A DNA stretch of 64,000 nucleotides from Eledone cirrhosa (GCA_964016885.1 CAXHJY010001105.1:372001-436000); one strand, 5' to 3'; positions 40,586 through 55,036 are shown, numbered from the stretch's first letter. The notes: generated from the sequence alone by a model not told the origin. Program-made: numbers and translations.

Positions 40586-40955
40586 CGAGGGAGTATAACA
40601 TGAAGTTACTGTAGGTTCACCCGGGTGAGCACTCGACGTTTAGGTTCACGTCAATATCGAGGTGTAGAGCTAGACAGAGTGTAATATAATAATACAAGGG
40701 CGGGTGGTTACTTCTTCATTGCGTTTATTGGTTGGTGACGCACGTTTCGCTACTGATCAGCTCAAGGTTCGATCTGTATCGATCTGGCCTGACTCTGCAA
40801 TCAAGAGCTCGTCGGACTTCTGCTGTCATTACAACAGTAGAGGACCGACGAGCGTTTGATTCCAAAGCGATACAGCACGAACCTTGAGCTGATCAATAGC
40901 GAAACGCGCGTCACCAATTAATAAATGTAATGAAGGCTTCACAAATCGTCCTTGT
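40586..40955. mobile_element. Diverged inverted pLTR-like pair with enlarged hammerhead-like motifs
   Basis: 40715-40817 (-) and 40843-40935 (+) are diverged reverse complements; 40586-40703 matches 4611-4727. Confidence 0.6.
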
Positions 40956-40958
40956 ATG

Positions 40959-41006
<48 letters not shown>

Positions 41007-41009
<3 letters not shown>

Positions 41010-41365
41010 TTCCTCTAGCATTCGCGGTCCCTTTAATTCGCGAAATTTTCCTTAGAACCCAACCAATAATAAACCACCGAATATTCGCGGAATCGTGAAC
41101 ATCTTCCGCGATTTTTGGGGGTCTTTTTGCGTGACAATATATATTGTTTCACCCTTTTTAACAATAAATTATTAACAACAATATACCATATTTGCCGGCC
41201 TATTGGACGCACCTTCGCATAAGACGCTCCTTCTTTTTTTATTATATTTTACGTTATATGTTGATGTTTTTAGGCATTTTTATGGACCACGTCCAATATT
41301 TGTGGTTTTTCACTCTTTGTGGGTGTTCTGGTTACATGACCCCGCCAATACTGGGGACAACTGTA
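41007..41365. mobile_element. Possible degenerate Tc1/pogo-type MITE remnant
   Basis: Ends resemble CAGTnnTCCC...GCGG-type TIRs next to TA; the right end is duplicated at 41465-41492. Weak. Confidence 0.3.
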
Positions 41366-41405
41366 TATATACACATATATATATATATATACACATATAT
41401 ATATA

Positions 41406-41461
<56 letters not shown>

Positions 41462-41941
41462 TAACCCCCGCAAATACCAGGAGACAACTGTATATAAACA
41501 CATATATATATATTTATATATATATATATATGTGTGATGTATGTATGTGTATATTTATGTATATGTGTGTGTATATATATATGTGATGTATGTATGTGTA
41601 TGTATATATTTATGTGTATGTATATATTTATGTATATGTGTGTGTGTGTATATATATATATATATGTGTGATGTATGTATGTGTATGTATATATTTATGT
41701 ATATGTGTGTGTATATATATATATATGTGTGTGTGTATGTATCTATGCATGTATGTATGTATGTATATATATGTGTGTGTATGTATCTATGCATGTATGT
41801 ATGTATGTATATATATATGTATCTATGTATGTATGTATGTATATATATATGTATCTATGTATCTATGCATGTATGTATATATATATGTATGTATCTATGC
41901 ATGTATGTATGTATATAGATGTATATGTGCGTATATAGAAG

Positions 41942-42009
41942 TCAAGATGTGGGGTCAACGTCAACAGGGGAGGTAACAAAGTTGGGGTCGTTCCACATGA
42001 CGTCACGAC
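41942..42009 (-). CDS. PRDM14: Probable last coding exon of PRDM14-like gene
   Basis: Strong acceptor TTTATTGTTTGTTTATATTTTTCAG|GT. A phase-1 join to the donor at 52424 gives ...EPL-C-RDVMWNDPNFVTSPVDVDPTS*. There is no homology support for this tail. Confidence 0.55.
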
Positions 42010-42944
42010 CTGAAAAATATAAACAAACAATAAATAAATAACAATAATAATAATAATAATGGTTTCTTATTTAGGCACAAGGCCAGCAATTTTTTTTTTT
42101 TTTTTTTTTTGGGGGGGGGGGAGGGGGGAAGTCGATGAAATCAACCTCAGTGTGTGACTGGTACTTTATTTTATCGACCCCGTAAGGATGAAAGGCAAAG
42201 TTAACCTTGGCTGGATTTGAACTCAGACATAAAGGGACGTAACTCTATGCTGCAAAGCATGGTGTCCGACCCTCTACCGATACTGAAAATCTAAACTATA
42301 ATAAATTAAGGAGTGCGGGACTGCGTACGGTTTATAATTGTTTATCCCTTAAGTAAAATAAGTTGGATTATTTTGAATAAATAATGAATATTACATAATT
42401 TATCCACTAAATTTCGTAGCTTTTGATTAAATATATTTTATTACTTATTTTAAGATTCACTTCTTTAAAATTTTCAAATGTCAACACTTCCGGTTAGCGG
42501 TCGCTTAAATAAACATTCATATATTTCCGTCACTAATTTTCTCCGAATGCAGTTTATATATAATGGTTTCTACTTTTGGCACAAGGCCAGCAATTACCCA
42601 GTGCATTACTGGTACTTTATTTTATCGACCCCGTAAGGATGAAAGGCAAAGTTAACATTGGCGGGATTTGATCTCAGAATGGCAAGGGCCGTAACTCTAT
42701 ACGTCAAAGCATGGCGTCCGACCCTCTACCAATACTGCCAATCCACCGGTCTTTCTTAATGTATCATGGATTATTTTACTGATTACAGAAGACAGTGTAA
42801 CGCAGTCTTCGTTCAATTTCTGTGTATATCGTCAACTACGACTATATGTGATGTATCTTATCTACATGTATATATACTTGTGTATAATATCAATATACAC
42901 ACCACACAGGGTGGTTTTTCTGCTAGTAACATTAATGATGATGA

Positions 42945-45900
42945 CGAGAATCTTGGGTAATGTCCAAAAGAATACGATGCCGAATATAAGCGGCCGAAAT
43001 GGGTTCCTCCGAAGGGTCTTTGAAGTGATGTTGCTCGATAGAGTGTGTAGCCTAGAGATCAGAGAGTTACTCCAGGTAGAGCTGCTACTTCTCCGAATTG
43101 AGAGATCACAACTCTGATACTACAGACATGTGGTTAGAATGTCTGAGGAAAGAATCTCTGAATTGAGAGACCACAGCTCTGATACTACAGACATGTGGTT
43201 AGAATGTCTGAGGAAAGAATCTCTGAATTGAGAGATCACAGCGCTGATACTACAGACATGTGGTTAGAATGTCTGAGGAAAGAATCTCTGAATTGAGAGA
43301 TCACAGCGCTGATACTACAGACATGTGGTTAGAATGTCTCAGGAAAGAATCTCTGAATTGAGAGACCACAGCTCTGATACTACAGACATGTGGTTAGAAT
43401 GTCTGAGGAAAGAATCTCTGAATTGAGAGACCACAGCTCTGATACTACAGACATGTGGTTAGAATGTCTGAGGAAAGAATCTCTGAATTGAGAGATCACA
43501 GCGCTGATACTACAGACATGTGGTTAGAATGTCTGAGGAAAGAATCTCTGAATTGAGAGATCACAGCGCTGATACTACAGACATGTGGTTAGAATGTCTC
43601 AGGAAAGAATCTCTGAATTGAGAGACCACAGCTCTGATACTACAGACATGTGGTTAGAATGTCTAAGGAAAGAATCTCTGAATTGAGAGATCACAGCGCT
43701 GATACTACAGACATGTGGTTAGAATGTCTCAGGAAAGAATCTCTGAATTGAGAGACCACAGCTCTGATACTACAGACATGTGGTTAGAATGTCTGAGGAA
43801 AGAATCTCTGAATTGAGAGATCACAGCGCTGATACTACAGACATGTGGTTAGAATGTCTGAGGAAAGAATCTCTGAATTGAGAGACCACAGCTGTGATAC
43901 TACAGACATGTGGTTAGAATGTCTCAGGAAAGAATCTCTGAATTGAGAGACCACAGCTCTGATACTACAGACATGTGGTTAGAATGTCTGAGGAAAGAAT
44001 CTCTGAATTGAGAGATCACAGCGCTGATACTACAGACATGTGGTTAGAATGTCTCAGGAAAGAATCTCTGAATTGAGAGACCACAGCTCTGATACTACAG
44101 ACATGTGGTTAGAATGTCTGAGGAAAGAATCTCTGAATTGAGAGACCACAGCTCTGATACTACAGACATGTGGTTAGAATGTCTGAGGAAAGAATCTCTG
44201 AATTGAGAGATCACAGCTCTGATACTACAGACATGTGGTTAGAATGTCTGAGGAAAGAATCTCTGAATTGAGAGACCACAGCTCTGATACTACAGACATG
44301 TGGTTAGAATGTCTGAGGAAAGAATCTCTGAATTGAGAGATCACAGCTCTGATACTACAGACATGTGGTTAGAATGTCTCAGGAAAGAATCTCTGAATTG
44401 AGAGACCACAGCTCTGATACTACAGACATGTGGTTAGAATGTCTGAGGAAAGAATCTCTGAATTGAGAGACCACAGCTCTGATACTACAGACATGTGGTT
44501 AGAATGTCTGAGGAAAGAATCTCTGAATTGAGAGATCACAGCTCTGATACTACAGACATGTGGTTAGAATGTCTCAGGAAAGAATCTCTGAATTGAGAGA
44601 CCACAGCTCTGATACTACAGACATGTGGTTAGAATGTCTGAGGAAAGAATCTCTGAATTGAGAGATCACAGCGCTGATACTACAGACATGTGGTTAGAAT
44701 GTCTCAGGAAAGAATCTCTGAATTGAGAGATCACAGCTCTGATACTACAGACATGTGGTTAGAATGTCTGAGGAAAGAATCTCTGAATTGAGAGATCACA
44801 GCTCTGATACTACAGACATGTGGTTAGAATGTCTGAGGAAAGAATCTCTGAATTGAGAGATCACAGCTCTGATACTACAGACATGTGGTTAGAATGTCTG
44901 AGGAAAGAATCTCTGAATTGAGAGATCACAGCTCTGATACTACAGACATGTGGTTAAAATGTCTCAGGAAAGAATCTCTGAACTGAGAGATCACAGCTCT
45001 GATACTACAGACATGTGGTTAGAATGTCTCAGGTCAGAATCTCTGAATTGAGAGATCACAGCTCTGATACTACAGACATGTGGTTAAAATGTCTCAGGAA
45101 AGAATCTCTGAACTGAGAGATCACAGCTCTGATAATACAGACATGTGGTTAGAATGTCTGAGGAAAGAATCTCTGAATTGAGAGATCACAGCTCTGATAC
45201 TATAGACATGTGGTTAGAATGTCTCAGGTAAGAATCTCTGGATTGAGAGATCACAGCTCTGATACTACAGACATGTGGTTAGCATGTCTGAGGAAAGAAT
45301 CTCTGAATTGAGAGATCACAGCTCTGATACTACAGACATGTGGTTAGAATGTCTCAGGAAAGAATCTCTGAATTGAGAGATCACAGCTCTGATACTACAG
45401 GCATGTGGTTAGAATGTCTCAGGAAAGAATCTCTGAATTGAGAGATCACAGCTCTGATACTACAGACATGTGGTTAGAATGTCTCAGGAAAGAAACTCTG
45501 AATTGAGAGATCACAGCTCTGATACTACAGACATGAGGTTAGAATGTCTGAGGAAAGAATCTCTGAATTGAGAGATCACAGCTCTGATACTACAGACATG
45601 TGGTTAGTATGTCTGAGGAAAGAATCTTTGAACTGAGAGACCACAGCTCTGATACTACAGACATGTGGTTAGAATGTCTCAGGAAAGAATCTCTGAATTG
45701 AGAGATCACAGCTCTGCACTACAGACATGTGGTTAGAATGTCTCAGGAAAGAATCTCTGAATTGAGAGACCACAGCTCTGATACTACAGACATGTGGTTA
45801 GAATGTCTGAGGAAAGAATCTCTGAATTGAGAGATCACAGCTCTGATACTACCGACATGTGGTTAAAATGTCTCAGGAAAGAATCTTTGAACTGAGAGAC

Positions 45901-48900
45901 CACAGCTCTGATACTACCGACATGTGGTTAAAATGTCTCAGGAAAGAATCTCTGAATTGAGAGATCACAGCTCTGATACTACAGACATGTGGTTAGAATG
46001 TCTCAGGAAAGAAACTCTGGATTGAGAGATCACAGCTCTGATACTACAGACATGTGGTTAGAATGTCTCAGGAAAGAATCTCTGAATTGAGAGATCACAG
46101 CTCTGATACTACAGACATGTGGTTAGAATGTCTCAGGAAAGAATCTCTGAATTGAGAGATCACAGCTCTGATACTACAGACATGTGGTTAGAATGTCTCA
46201 GGAAAGAATCTCTGAATTGAGAGATCACAGCTCTGATACTACAGACATGTGGTTAGAATGTCTCAGGAAAGAATCTCTGAATTGAGAGATCACAGCTCTG
46301 ATACTACAGGCATGTGGTTAGAATGTCTCAGGAAAGAATCTCTGAATTGAGAGATCACAGCTCTGATACTACAGGCATGTGGTTAGAATGTCTCAGGAAA
46401 GAATCTCTGAATTGAGAGATCACAGCTCTGATACTACAGACATGTGGTTAGAATGTCTCAGGAAAGAAACTCTGAATTGAGAGATCACAGCTCTGATACT
46501 ACAGACATGAGGTTAGAATGTCTGAGGAAAGAATCTCTGAATTGAGAGATCACAGCTCTGATACTACAGACATGTGGTTAGTATGTCTGAGGAAAGAATC
46601 TTTGAACTGAGAGACCACAGCTCTGATACTACAGACATGTGGTTAGAATGTCTCAGGAAAGAATCTCTGAATTGAGAGATCACAGCTCTGACACTACAGA
46701 CATGTGGTTAGAATGTCTCAGGAAAGAATCTCTGAATTGAGAGACCACAGCTCTGATACTACAGACATGTGGTTAGAATGTCTGAGGAAAGAATCTCTGA
46801 ATTGAGAGATCACAGCTCTGATACTACCGACATGTGGTTAAAATGTCTCAGGAAAGAATCTTTGAACTGAGAGACCACAGCTCTGATACTACCGACATGT
46901 GGTTAAAATGTCTCAGGAAAGAATCTCTGAATTGAGAGATCACAGCTCTGATACTACAGACATGTGGTTAGAATGTCTCAGGAAAGAAACTCTGGATTGA
47001 GAGATCACAGCTCTGATACTACAGACATGTGGTTAGAATGTCTCAGGAAAGAATCTCTGAATTGAGAGATCACAGCTCTGATACTACAGACATGTGGTTA
47101 GAATGTCTCAGGAAAGAATCTCTGAATTGAGAGATCACAGCTCTGATACTACAGACATGTGGTTAGAATGTCTCAGGAAAGAATCTCTGAATTGAGAGAT
47201 CACAGCTCTGATACTACAGACATGTGGTTAGAATGTCTCAGGAAAGAATCTCTGAATTGAGAGATCACAGCTCTGATACTACAGGCATGTGGTTAGAATG
47301 TCTCAGGAAAGAATCTCTGAATTGAGAGATCACAGCTCTGATACTACAGACATGTGGTTAGAATGTCTCAGGAAAGAATCTCTGAATTGAGAGATCACAG
47401 CTCTGATACTACAGACATGAGGTTAGAATGTCTCAGGAAAGAATCTCTGAATTGATAGATCACAGCTCTGATACTACAGACATGTGGTTAGTATGTCTGA
47501 GGAAAGAATCTTTGAACTGAGAGACCACAGCTCTGATACTACAGACATGTGGTTAGAATGTCTCAGGAAAGAATCTTTGAACTGAGAGACCACAGCTCTG
47601 ATACTACCGACATGTGGTTAAAATGTCTCAGGAAAGAATCTTTGAACTGAGAGACCACAGCTCTGATACTACCGACATGTGGTTAAAATGTCTCAGGAAA
47701 GAATCTCTGAATTGAGAGATCACAGCTCTGATACTACAGACATGTGGTTAGAATGTCTCAGGAAAGAAACTCTGGATTGAGAGATCACAGCTCTGATACT
47801 ACAGACATGTGGTTAGAATGTCTCAGGAAAGAATCTCTGAATTGAGAGATCACAGCTCTGATACTACAGACATGTGGTTAGAATGTCTCAGGAAAGAATC
47901 TCTGAATTGAGAGATCACAGCTCTGATACTACAGACATGTGGTTAGAATGTCTCAGGAAAGAATCTCTGAATTGAGAGATCACAGCTCTGATACTACAGA
48001 CATGTGGTTAGAATGTCTCAGGAAAGAATCTCTGAATTGAGAGATCACAGCTCTGATACTACAGACATGTGGTTAGAATGTCTCAGGAAAGAAACTCTGG
48101 ATTGAGAGATCACAGCTCTGATACTACAGACATGTGGTTAGAATGTCTCAGGAAAGAATCTCTGAATTGAGAGATCACAGCTCTGATACTACAGACATGT
48201 GGTTAGAATGTCTCAGGAAAGAATCTCTGAATTGAGAGATCACAGCTCTGATACTACAGACATGTGGTTAGAATGTCTCAGGAAAGAATCTCTGAATTGA
48301 GAGATCACAGCTCTGATACTACAGACATGTGGTTAGAATGTCTCAGGAAAGAATCTCTGAATTGAGAGATCACAGCTCTGATACTACAGGCATGTGGTTA
48401 GAATGTCTGAGGAAAGAATCTCTGAATTGAGAGATCACAGCTCTGATACTACAGACATGTGGTTAGTATGTCTGAGGAAAGAATCTTTGAACTGAGAGAC
48501 CACAGCTCTGATACTACAGACATGTGGTTAGAATGTCTCAGGAAAGAATCTTTGAACTGAGAGACCACAGCTCTGATACTACCGACATGTGGTTAAAATG
48601 TCTCAGGAAAGAATCTTTGAACTGAGAGACCACAGCTCTGATACTACAGACATGTGGTTATAATGTCTCAGGAAAGAATCTCTGAATTGAGAGATCACAG
48701 CTCTGATACTACAGGCATGTGGTTAGAATGTCTCAGGAAAGAATCTCTGAATTGAGAGATCACAGCTCTGATACTACAGACATGTGGTTAGAATGTCTCA
48801 GGAAAGAAACTCTGAATTGAGAGATCACAGCTCTGATACTACAGACATGAGGTTAGAATGTCTGAGGAAAGAATCTCTGAATTGAGAGATCACAGCTCTG

Positions 48901-51900
48901 ATACTACAGACATGTGGTTAGTATGTCTGAGGAAAGAATCTTTGAACTGAGAGACCACAGCTCTGATACTACAGACATGTGGTTAGAATGTCTCAGGAAA
49001 GAATCTCTGAATTGAGAGATCACAGCTCTGACACTACAGACATGTGGTTAGAATGTCTCAGGAAAGAATCTCTGAATTGAGAGACCACAGCTCTGATACT
49101 ACAGACATGTGGTTAGAATGTCTCAGGAAAGAAACTCTGGATTGAGAGATCACAGCTCTGATACTACAGACATGTGGTTAGAATGTCTCAGGAAAGAATC
49201 TCTGAATTGAGAGATCACAGCTCTGATACTACAGACATGTGGTTAGAATGTCTGAGGAAAGAATCTCTGAATTGAGAGATCACAGCTCTGATACTACAGA
49301 CATGTGGTTAGAATGTCTCAGGAAAGAATCTCTGAATTGAGAGATCACAGCTCTGATACTACAGACATGTGGTTAGAATGTCTCAGGAAAGAATCTCTGA
49401 ATTGAGAGATCACAGCTCTGATACTACAGACATGTGGTTAGAATGTCTCAGGAAAGAAACTCTGAATTGAGAGATCACAGCTCTGATACTACAGACATGA
49501 GGTTAGAATGTCTGAGGAAAGAATCTCTGAATTGAGAGATCACAGCTCTGATACTACAGACATGTGGTTAGTATGTCTGAGGAAAGAATCTTTGAACTGA
49601 GAGACCACAGCTCTGATACTACAGACATGTGGTTAGAATGTCTCAGGAAAGAATCTCTGAATTGAGAGATCACAGCTCTGACACTACAGACATGTGGTTA
49701 GAATGTCTCAGGAAAGAATCTCTGAATTGAGAGACCACAGCTCTGATACTACAGACATGTGGTTAGAATGTCTGAGGAAAGAATCTCTGAACTGAGAGAC
49801 CACAGCTCTGATACTACCGACATGTGGTTAAAATGTCTCAGGAAAGAAACTCTGAATTGAGAGATCACAGCTCTGATACTACAGACATGTGGTTAGAATG
49901 TCTCAGGAAAGAAACTCTGGATTGAGAGATCACAGCTCTGATACTACAGACATGTGGTTAGAATGTCTCAGGAAAGAATCTCTGAATTGAGAGATCACAG
50001 CTCTGATACTACAGACATGTGGTTAGAATGTCTCAGGAAAGAATCTCTGAATTGAGAGATCACAGCTCTGATACTACAGACATGTGGTTAGAATGTCTCA
50101 GGAAAGAATCTCTGAATTGAGAGATCACAGCTCTGATACTACAGACATGTGGTTAGAATGTCTCAGGAAAGAATCTCTGAATTGAGAGATCACAGCTCTG
50201 ATACTACAGGCATGTGGTTAGAATGTCTCAGGAAAGAATCTCTGAATTGAGAGATCACAGCTCTGATACTACAGACATGTGGTTAGAATGTCTCAGGAAA
50301 GAAACTCTGAATTGAGAGATCACAGCTCTGATACTACAGACATGAGGTTAGAATGTCTGAGGAAAGAATCTCTGAATTGAGAGATCACAGCTCTGATACT
50401 ACAGACATGTGGTTAGTATGTCTGAGGAAAGAATCTTTGAACTGAGAGACCACAGCTCTGATACTACAGACATGTGGTTAGAATGTCTCAGGAAAGAATC
50501 TCTGAATTGAGAGATCACAGCTCTGACACTACAGACATGTGGTTAGAATGTCTCAGGAAAGAATCTCTGAATTGAGAGACCACAGCTCTGATACTACAGA
50601 CATGTGGTTAGAATGTCTCAGGAAAGAATCTCTGAATTGAGAGATCACAGCTCTGATACTACAGACATGTGGTTAGAATGTCTCAGGAAAGAATCTCTGA
50701 ATTGAGAGATCACAGCTCTGATACTACAGACATGTGGTTAGAATGTCTCAGGAAAGAATCTCTGAATTGAGAGATCACAGCTCTGATACTACAGACATGT
50801 GGTTAGAATGTCTCAGGAAAGAATCTCTGAATTGAGAGATCACAGCTCTGATACTACAGGCATGTGGTTAGAATGTCTCAGGAAAGAATCTCTGAATTGA
50901 GAGATCACAGCTCTGATACTACAGACATGTGGTTAGAATGTCTCAGGAAAGAAACTCTGAATTGAGAGATCACAGCTCTGATACTACAGACATGAGGTTA
51001 GAATGTCTGAGGAAAGAATCTCTGAATTGAGAGATCACAGCTCTGATACTACAGACATGTGGTTAGTATGTCTGAGGAAAGAATCTTTGAACTGAGAGAC
51101 CACAGCTCTGATACTACAGACATGTGGTTAGAATGTCTCAGGAAAGAATCTCTGAATTGAGAGATCACAGCTCTGACACTACAGACATGTGGTTAGAATG
51201 TCTCAGGAAAGAACCTCTGAATAGAGAGACCACAGCTCTGATACTACAGACATGTGGTTAGTATGTCTGAGGAAAGAACCTCTGAATAGAGAGACCACAG
51301 CTCTGACACTACAGACATGTGGTTAGAATGTCTCAGGAAAGAATCTCTGGATTGAGAGATCACAGCTCTGATACTACAGACATGTGGTTAGAATGTCTCA
51401 GGAAAGAATCTCTGGATTGAGAGATCACAGCTCTGATACTACAGACATGTTGTTAGAATGTCTCAGGAAAGAATCTCTGAATTGAGAGATCACAGCTCTG
51501 ATACTACAGACATGTGGTTAGAATGTCTCAGGAAAGAATCTCTGAATTGAGAGATCACAGCTCTGATACTACAGACATGTTGTTAGAATGTCTCAGGAAA
51601 GAATCTCTGAATTGAGAGATCACAGCTCTGATACTACAGACATGTGGTTAGAATGTCTCAGGAAAGAATCTCTGGATTGAGAGATCACAGCTCTGATACT
51701 ACAGACATGTGGTTAGAATGTCTCAGGAAAGAATCTCTGGATTGAGAGATCACAGCTCTGATACTACAGACATGTGGTTAGAATGTCTCAGGAAAGAATC
51801 ACTGGACCTATTTTACGGGCAAAACCAACAGGTAGGAAACCCAGGGTTAGACCTCAAGCAAGATGGTTGGGTAAAATCCATGAGTTTGGCTGGTCGCGTT

Positions 51901-51945
51901 TGGGGATCCAACCGGAACCGTTGGAGACAGTTGGGAGAAGAAGAT
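42945..51945 (+). mobile_element. Degenerate RTE-clade (Rex3/Expander-like) LINE 3' fragment split by its own satellite
   Basis: Left flank SWVMSKRIRCRI*AAE/GFLRRV...LLDRV...IRELLQVELLLLRIERSQL. Right flank continues RAKPTGRKPRVRPQARW...WSRLGIQPEPLE. Confidence 0.85.
43091..51800. repeat. 65-bp tandem satellite, ~134 copies
   Basis: Unit TCTGAATTGAGAGATCACAGCTCTGATACTACAGACATGTGGTTAGAATGTCTCAGGAAAGAATC; 8710/65 is about 134. Confidence 0.98.
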
Positions 51946-52104
51946 GATTTAGACACAGGGCGACCAATTAGTCGGGAGGGGAAAGTCTATTTTATAAAGT
52001 CAATATCTTACTGGTATTTTATTTTCTCGCTCTCAGTGTATTACTGGTACTTTATTTGATGAAAGGCTAAGTTATTAATAATGATGATAATGGTTTGAAC
52101 GTAA

Positions 52105-52120
52105 AGACAGGCATACAGAC

Positions 52121-52199
<79 letters not shown>

Positions 52200-52228
52200 G
52201 CGACAGACAGACAGACAGACAGAGAGAC

Positions 52229-52263
<35 letters not shown>

Positions 52264-52312
52264 GAGACAGAGCGACAGACAGAGCGACAGACAGACAGAC
52301 AGACAGAGAGAC

Positions 52313-52347
<35 letters not shown>

Positions 52348-52418
52348 GAGACAGAGCGACAGACAGAGCGACAGACAGAGACAGAGACAAACAAACAGAC
52401 AGACAGACAGACAGACAT
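52105..52418. repeat. (GACA)n microsatellite
   Basis: Direct inspection. Confidence 0.95.
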
Positions 52419-52424
52419 ACGTAC

Positions 52425-52593
52425 AAAGAGGTTCTGTGTCTGAGTGAGTCCTGTAGTGTAACTTGAGGTCGAACTGGTGTTGGAACTCCACTCCACACAG
52501 CTTACAGTTGAGCGGCTTGTCACGCGCATGCGTACGTCTCACGTGACTGTCATGGGCGGCGTGGGACGCGAAAGCCTTTCCGCAGAATTTACA
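52425..52593 (-). CDS. PRDM14: PRDM14-like exon (last two zinc fingers)
   Basis: TTTTCAG|[56 protein letters not shown]|[19 protein letters not shown] matches vertebrate PRDM14 as I recall it. An alternative donor GTATGT lies 4 nt downstream. Confidence 0.9.
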
Positions 52594-52784
52594 CTGAAAA
52601 TATTCAATGGGCGGTCATTAGAACACTGTGTGTGTATATATATGTGGGTGTGTGTGGGTGTGTGGGTGTGTGTGGGTGTGTGGGTGTATATATATATGTG
52701 TGGGTGTGTGTGGGTGTGTGTGTGTGTGTGTATATATGGGTGTGTGTGTGGGTGGGTGTATGTATATATATGTGGGTGGGTGTG

Positions 52785-52818
<34 letters not shown>

Positions 52819-52939
52819 GGGGGGGGTATGTATATATATATGTGGGTGTGTGTATGTATATATATATATGTGGGTGTGTGTGTGTACATATATATATGTG
52901 TGTGTGGGGGGTGTACATATATATATGTGTGGGTGTGTG

Positions 52940-52974
<35 letters not shown>

Positions 52975-53659
52975 ATATATATGTGTGTGGGTGTGTGTGT
53001 ATATATGTGTGTGGGTGTGTGTACATATATATATGTGTGTGGGTGTGTGTATATATATATGTAGGTGTGTGTACATATATATATGTGTGTGGGTGTGTGA
53101 TGTGTGTGGATGTGTGTATATATATATGTATGTGTGTGGGTGTGTGTACATATATGTGTGTGGGTGTGTGTATATATATATGTATGTGTGTGGGTGTGTG
53201 TACATATATATATGTGTGGGTGTGTGTATATATATATATGTATGTGTGTGTGTATATATATATATGTGTGTGGGTGTGTATATATATGTGTGTGGGTGTA
53301 TATATATATATATGTGTGTGGGTGTGTATATATATATATGTGTGTGTGTACATATATATATATATATATGTGTGTGGGTGTGTGTACATATATATATGTG
53401 TGTGTGTGTGTATGTATATATATATGTGTGTGTGGGTGTGTGTACTTATATATATGTGGGTGTGTGTATATATATATATGTGTGTGTGGGTGTGTGTATA
53501 TATATGTGTGTGTGTGGGTGTGTATATATATGTGTGCGTGGGTGTGTGTATATATATAATGCGATGAAATACCAATGATCGTTGGCAAATCACTGATGAG
53601 GGACTCCTTTTATAACATGTAATCCATGTGCAACCATGCAGTATTCCTCTCCCCATATT

Positions 53660-53737
<78 letters not shown>

Positions 53738-54085
53738 GTGTGTGTGTCTGTTTATATATATATATATATATCTTACATTGCATTCGTTCGCGAAAGGTCT
53801 TTTTTCTAAGCGCTCATATATTCACCTAGCTTATGCTAACAGAATAACTATGAAGCTTGTTTCCTTCCTCTACGGTTAGCCCTACTCTCTGTTGTTATCC
53901 TGTCTCACTCGCTTTACGCGTTTTAATGGTCCTAATAACTTAATTTAGTTATTATTGCACCGACGTGAGGTATATGATTTTTAATGCAATGAAATATCTA
54001 TGATCGTCGGCAAATCACTGATGAGGTACTTATTTTATTACATGTTATCCATGTGCTACCAGCAGTATTTTTCTCCCCATTTTAT

Positions 54086-54235
<150 letters not shown>

Positions 54236-54239
54236 TATA

Positions 54240-54725
54240 CGATATTAACAAATGGAAACTATATTTATAAAACCATATCTATTTTATTATACATATTTCA
54301 AGGATACCATGTTAAATTATGGTGTGCTTTCATCAGACAAAATACAATATATACCAGTTTTATAAATAAATATTGACATATGGAGGCACATGGCTTAGTG
54401 GTTAGAGCATTGGCCTTGCAATCGAAAGGTTGTGAGTTCAATTCTCAGACCGAGTGATGTGTTGTTTCCTTGAGCAAGACACTTTATTTCACATTGCTCC
54501 AGTTTACTCAGCTGTAGAAATGAGATGATAGGGACTGGGGTCCCTATCATTCCACTGCAAACTGGTCGTGGAGGTGCCACGGCAAAAAAGCACCCAGCAC
54601 TCACTGTAGAAGTCAAGCCAGAATCAGTTCCCGTCCCACCCTTGCAAGCAGGGAAAAGTGGACGTAAAATGAAATGATGAAATGAAATGATGATACCCTT
54701 ACAAAATGCAACCATTACTTTTGGA
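54240..54725 (-). mobile_element. Family A hammerhead element interrupted by a SINE
   Basis: TCATCAG 54330-54336. ATTGACATA|...|TACCCTTA is contiguous in the 15800-15975 copy. Confidence 0.75.
54381..54693 (+). mobile_element. tRNA-derived SINE with CORE-like central motif
   Basis: A box TGGCTTAGTGG, B box GAGTTCAATTC, CCTTGAGCAAGACACTT, tail (TGAAA/TGA)n. Confidence 0.8.
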
Positions 54726-54992
54726 AGATTACTAGATAGTAGAGTTGTTTACTTATATTAGTAAGTCGTTGTGTTACAGAGGAGGAAAAATGTGTGTACG
54801 TATATATATTTACATGTGTGTGTGTATATATATATTTACATGTGTGTGTGTATATATATGTGTGGGTGTGTGTATATATGTATATATGTGTGTGTAAATA
54901 TTTATGTGTGTGAATGTGTTCACATATACTTATGTATGTGTTTGTGCATGTATGTTCACATATATATATTTATGTGTGTGTGCGTATGTAGG

Positions 54993-55036
<44 letters not shown>

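Noticed and set aside
43091-51800. CRISPR-like array (also 7920-11510 and 27815-28680)
   Set aside because: No unique spacers and no cas genes; eukaryotic tandem repeats.
54381-54450. tRNA gene
   Set aside because: The A and B boxes continue into a SINE body and tail; no proper acceptor stem.
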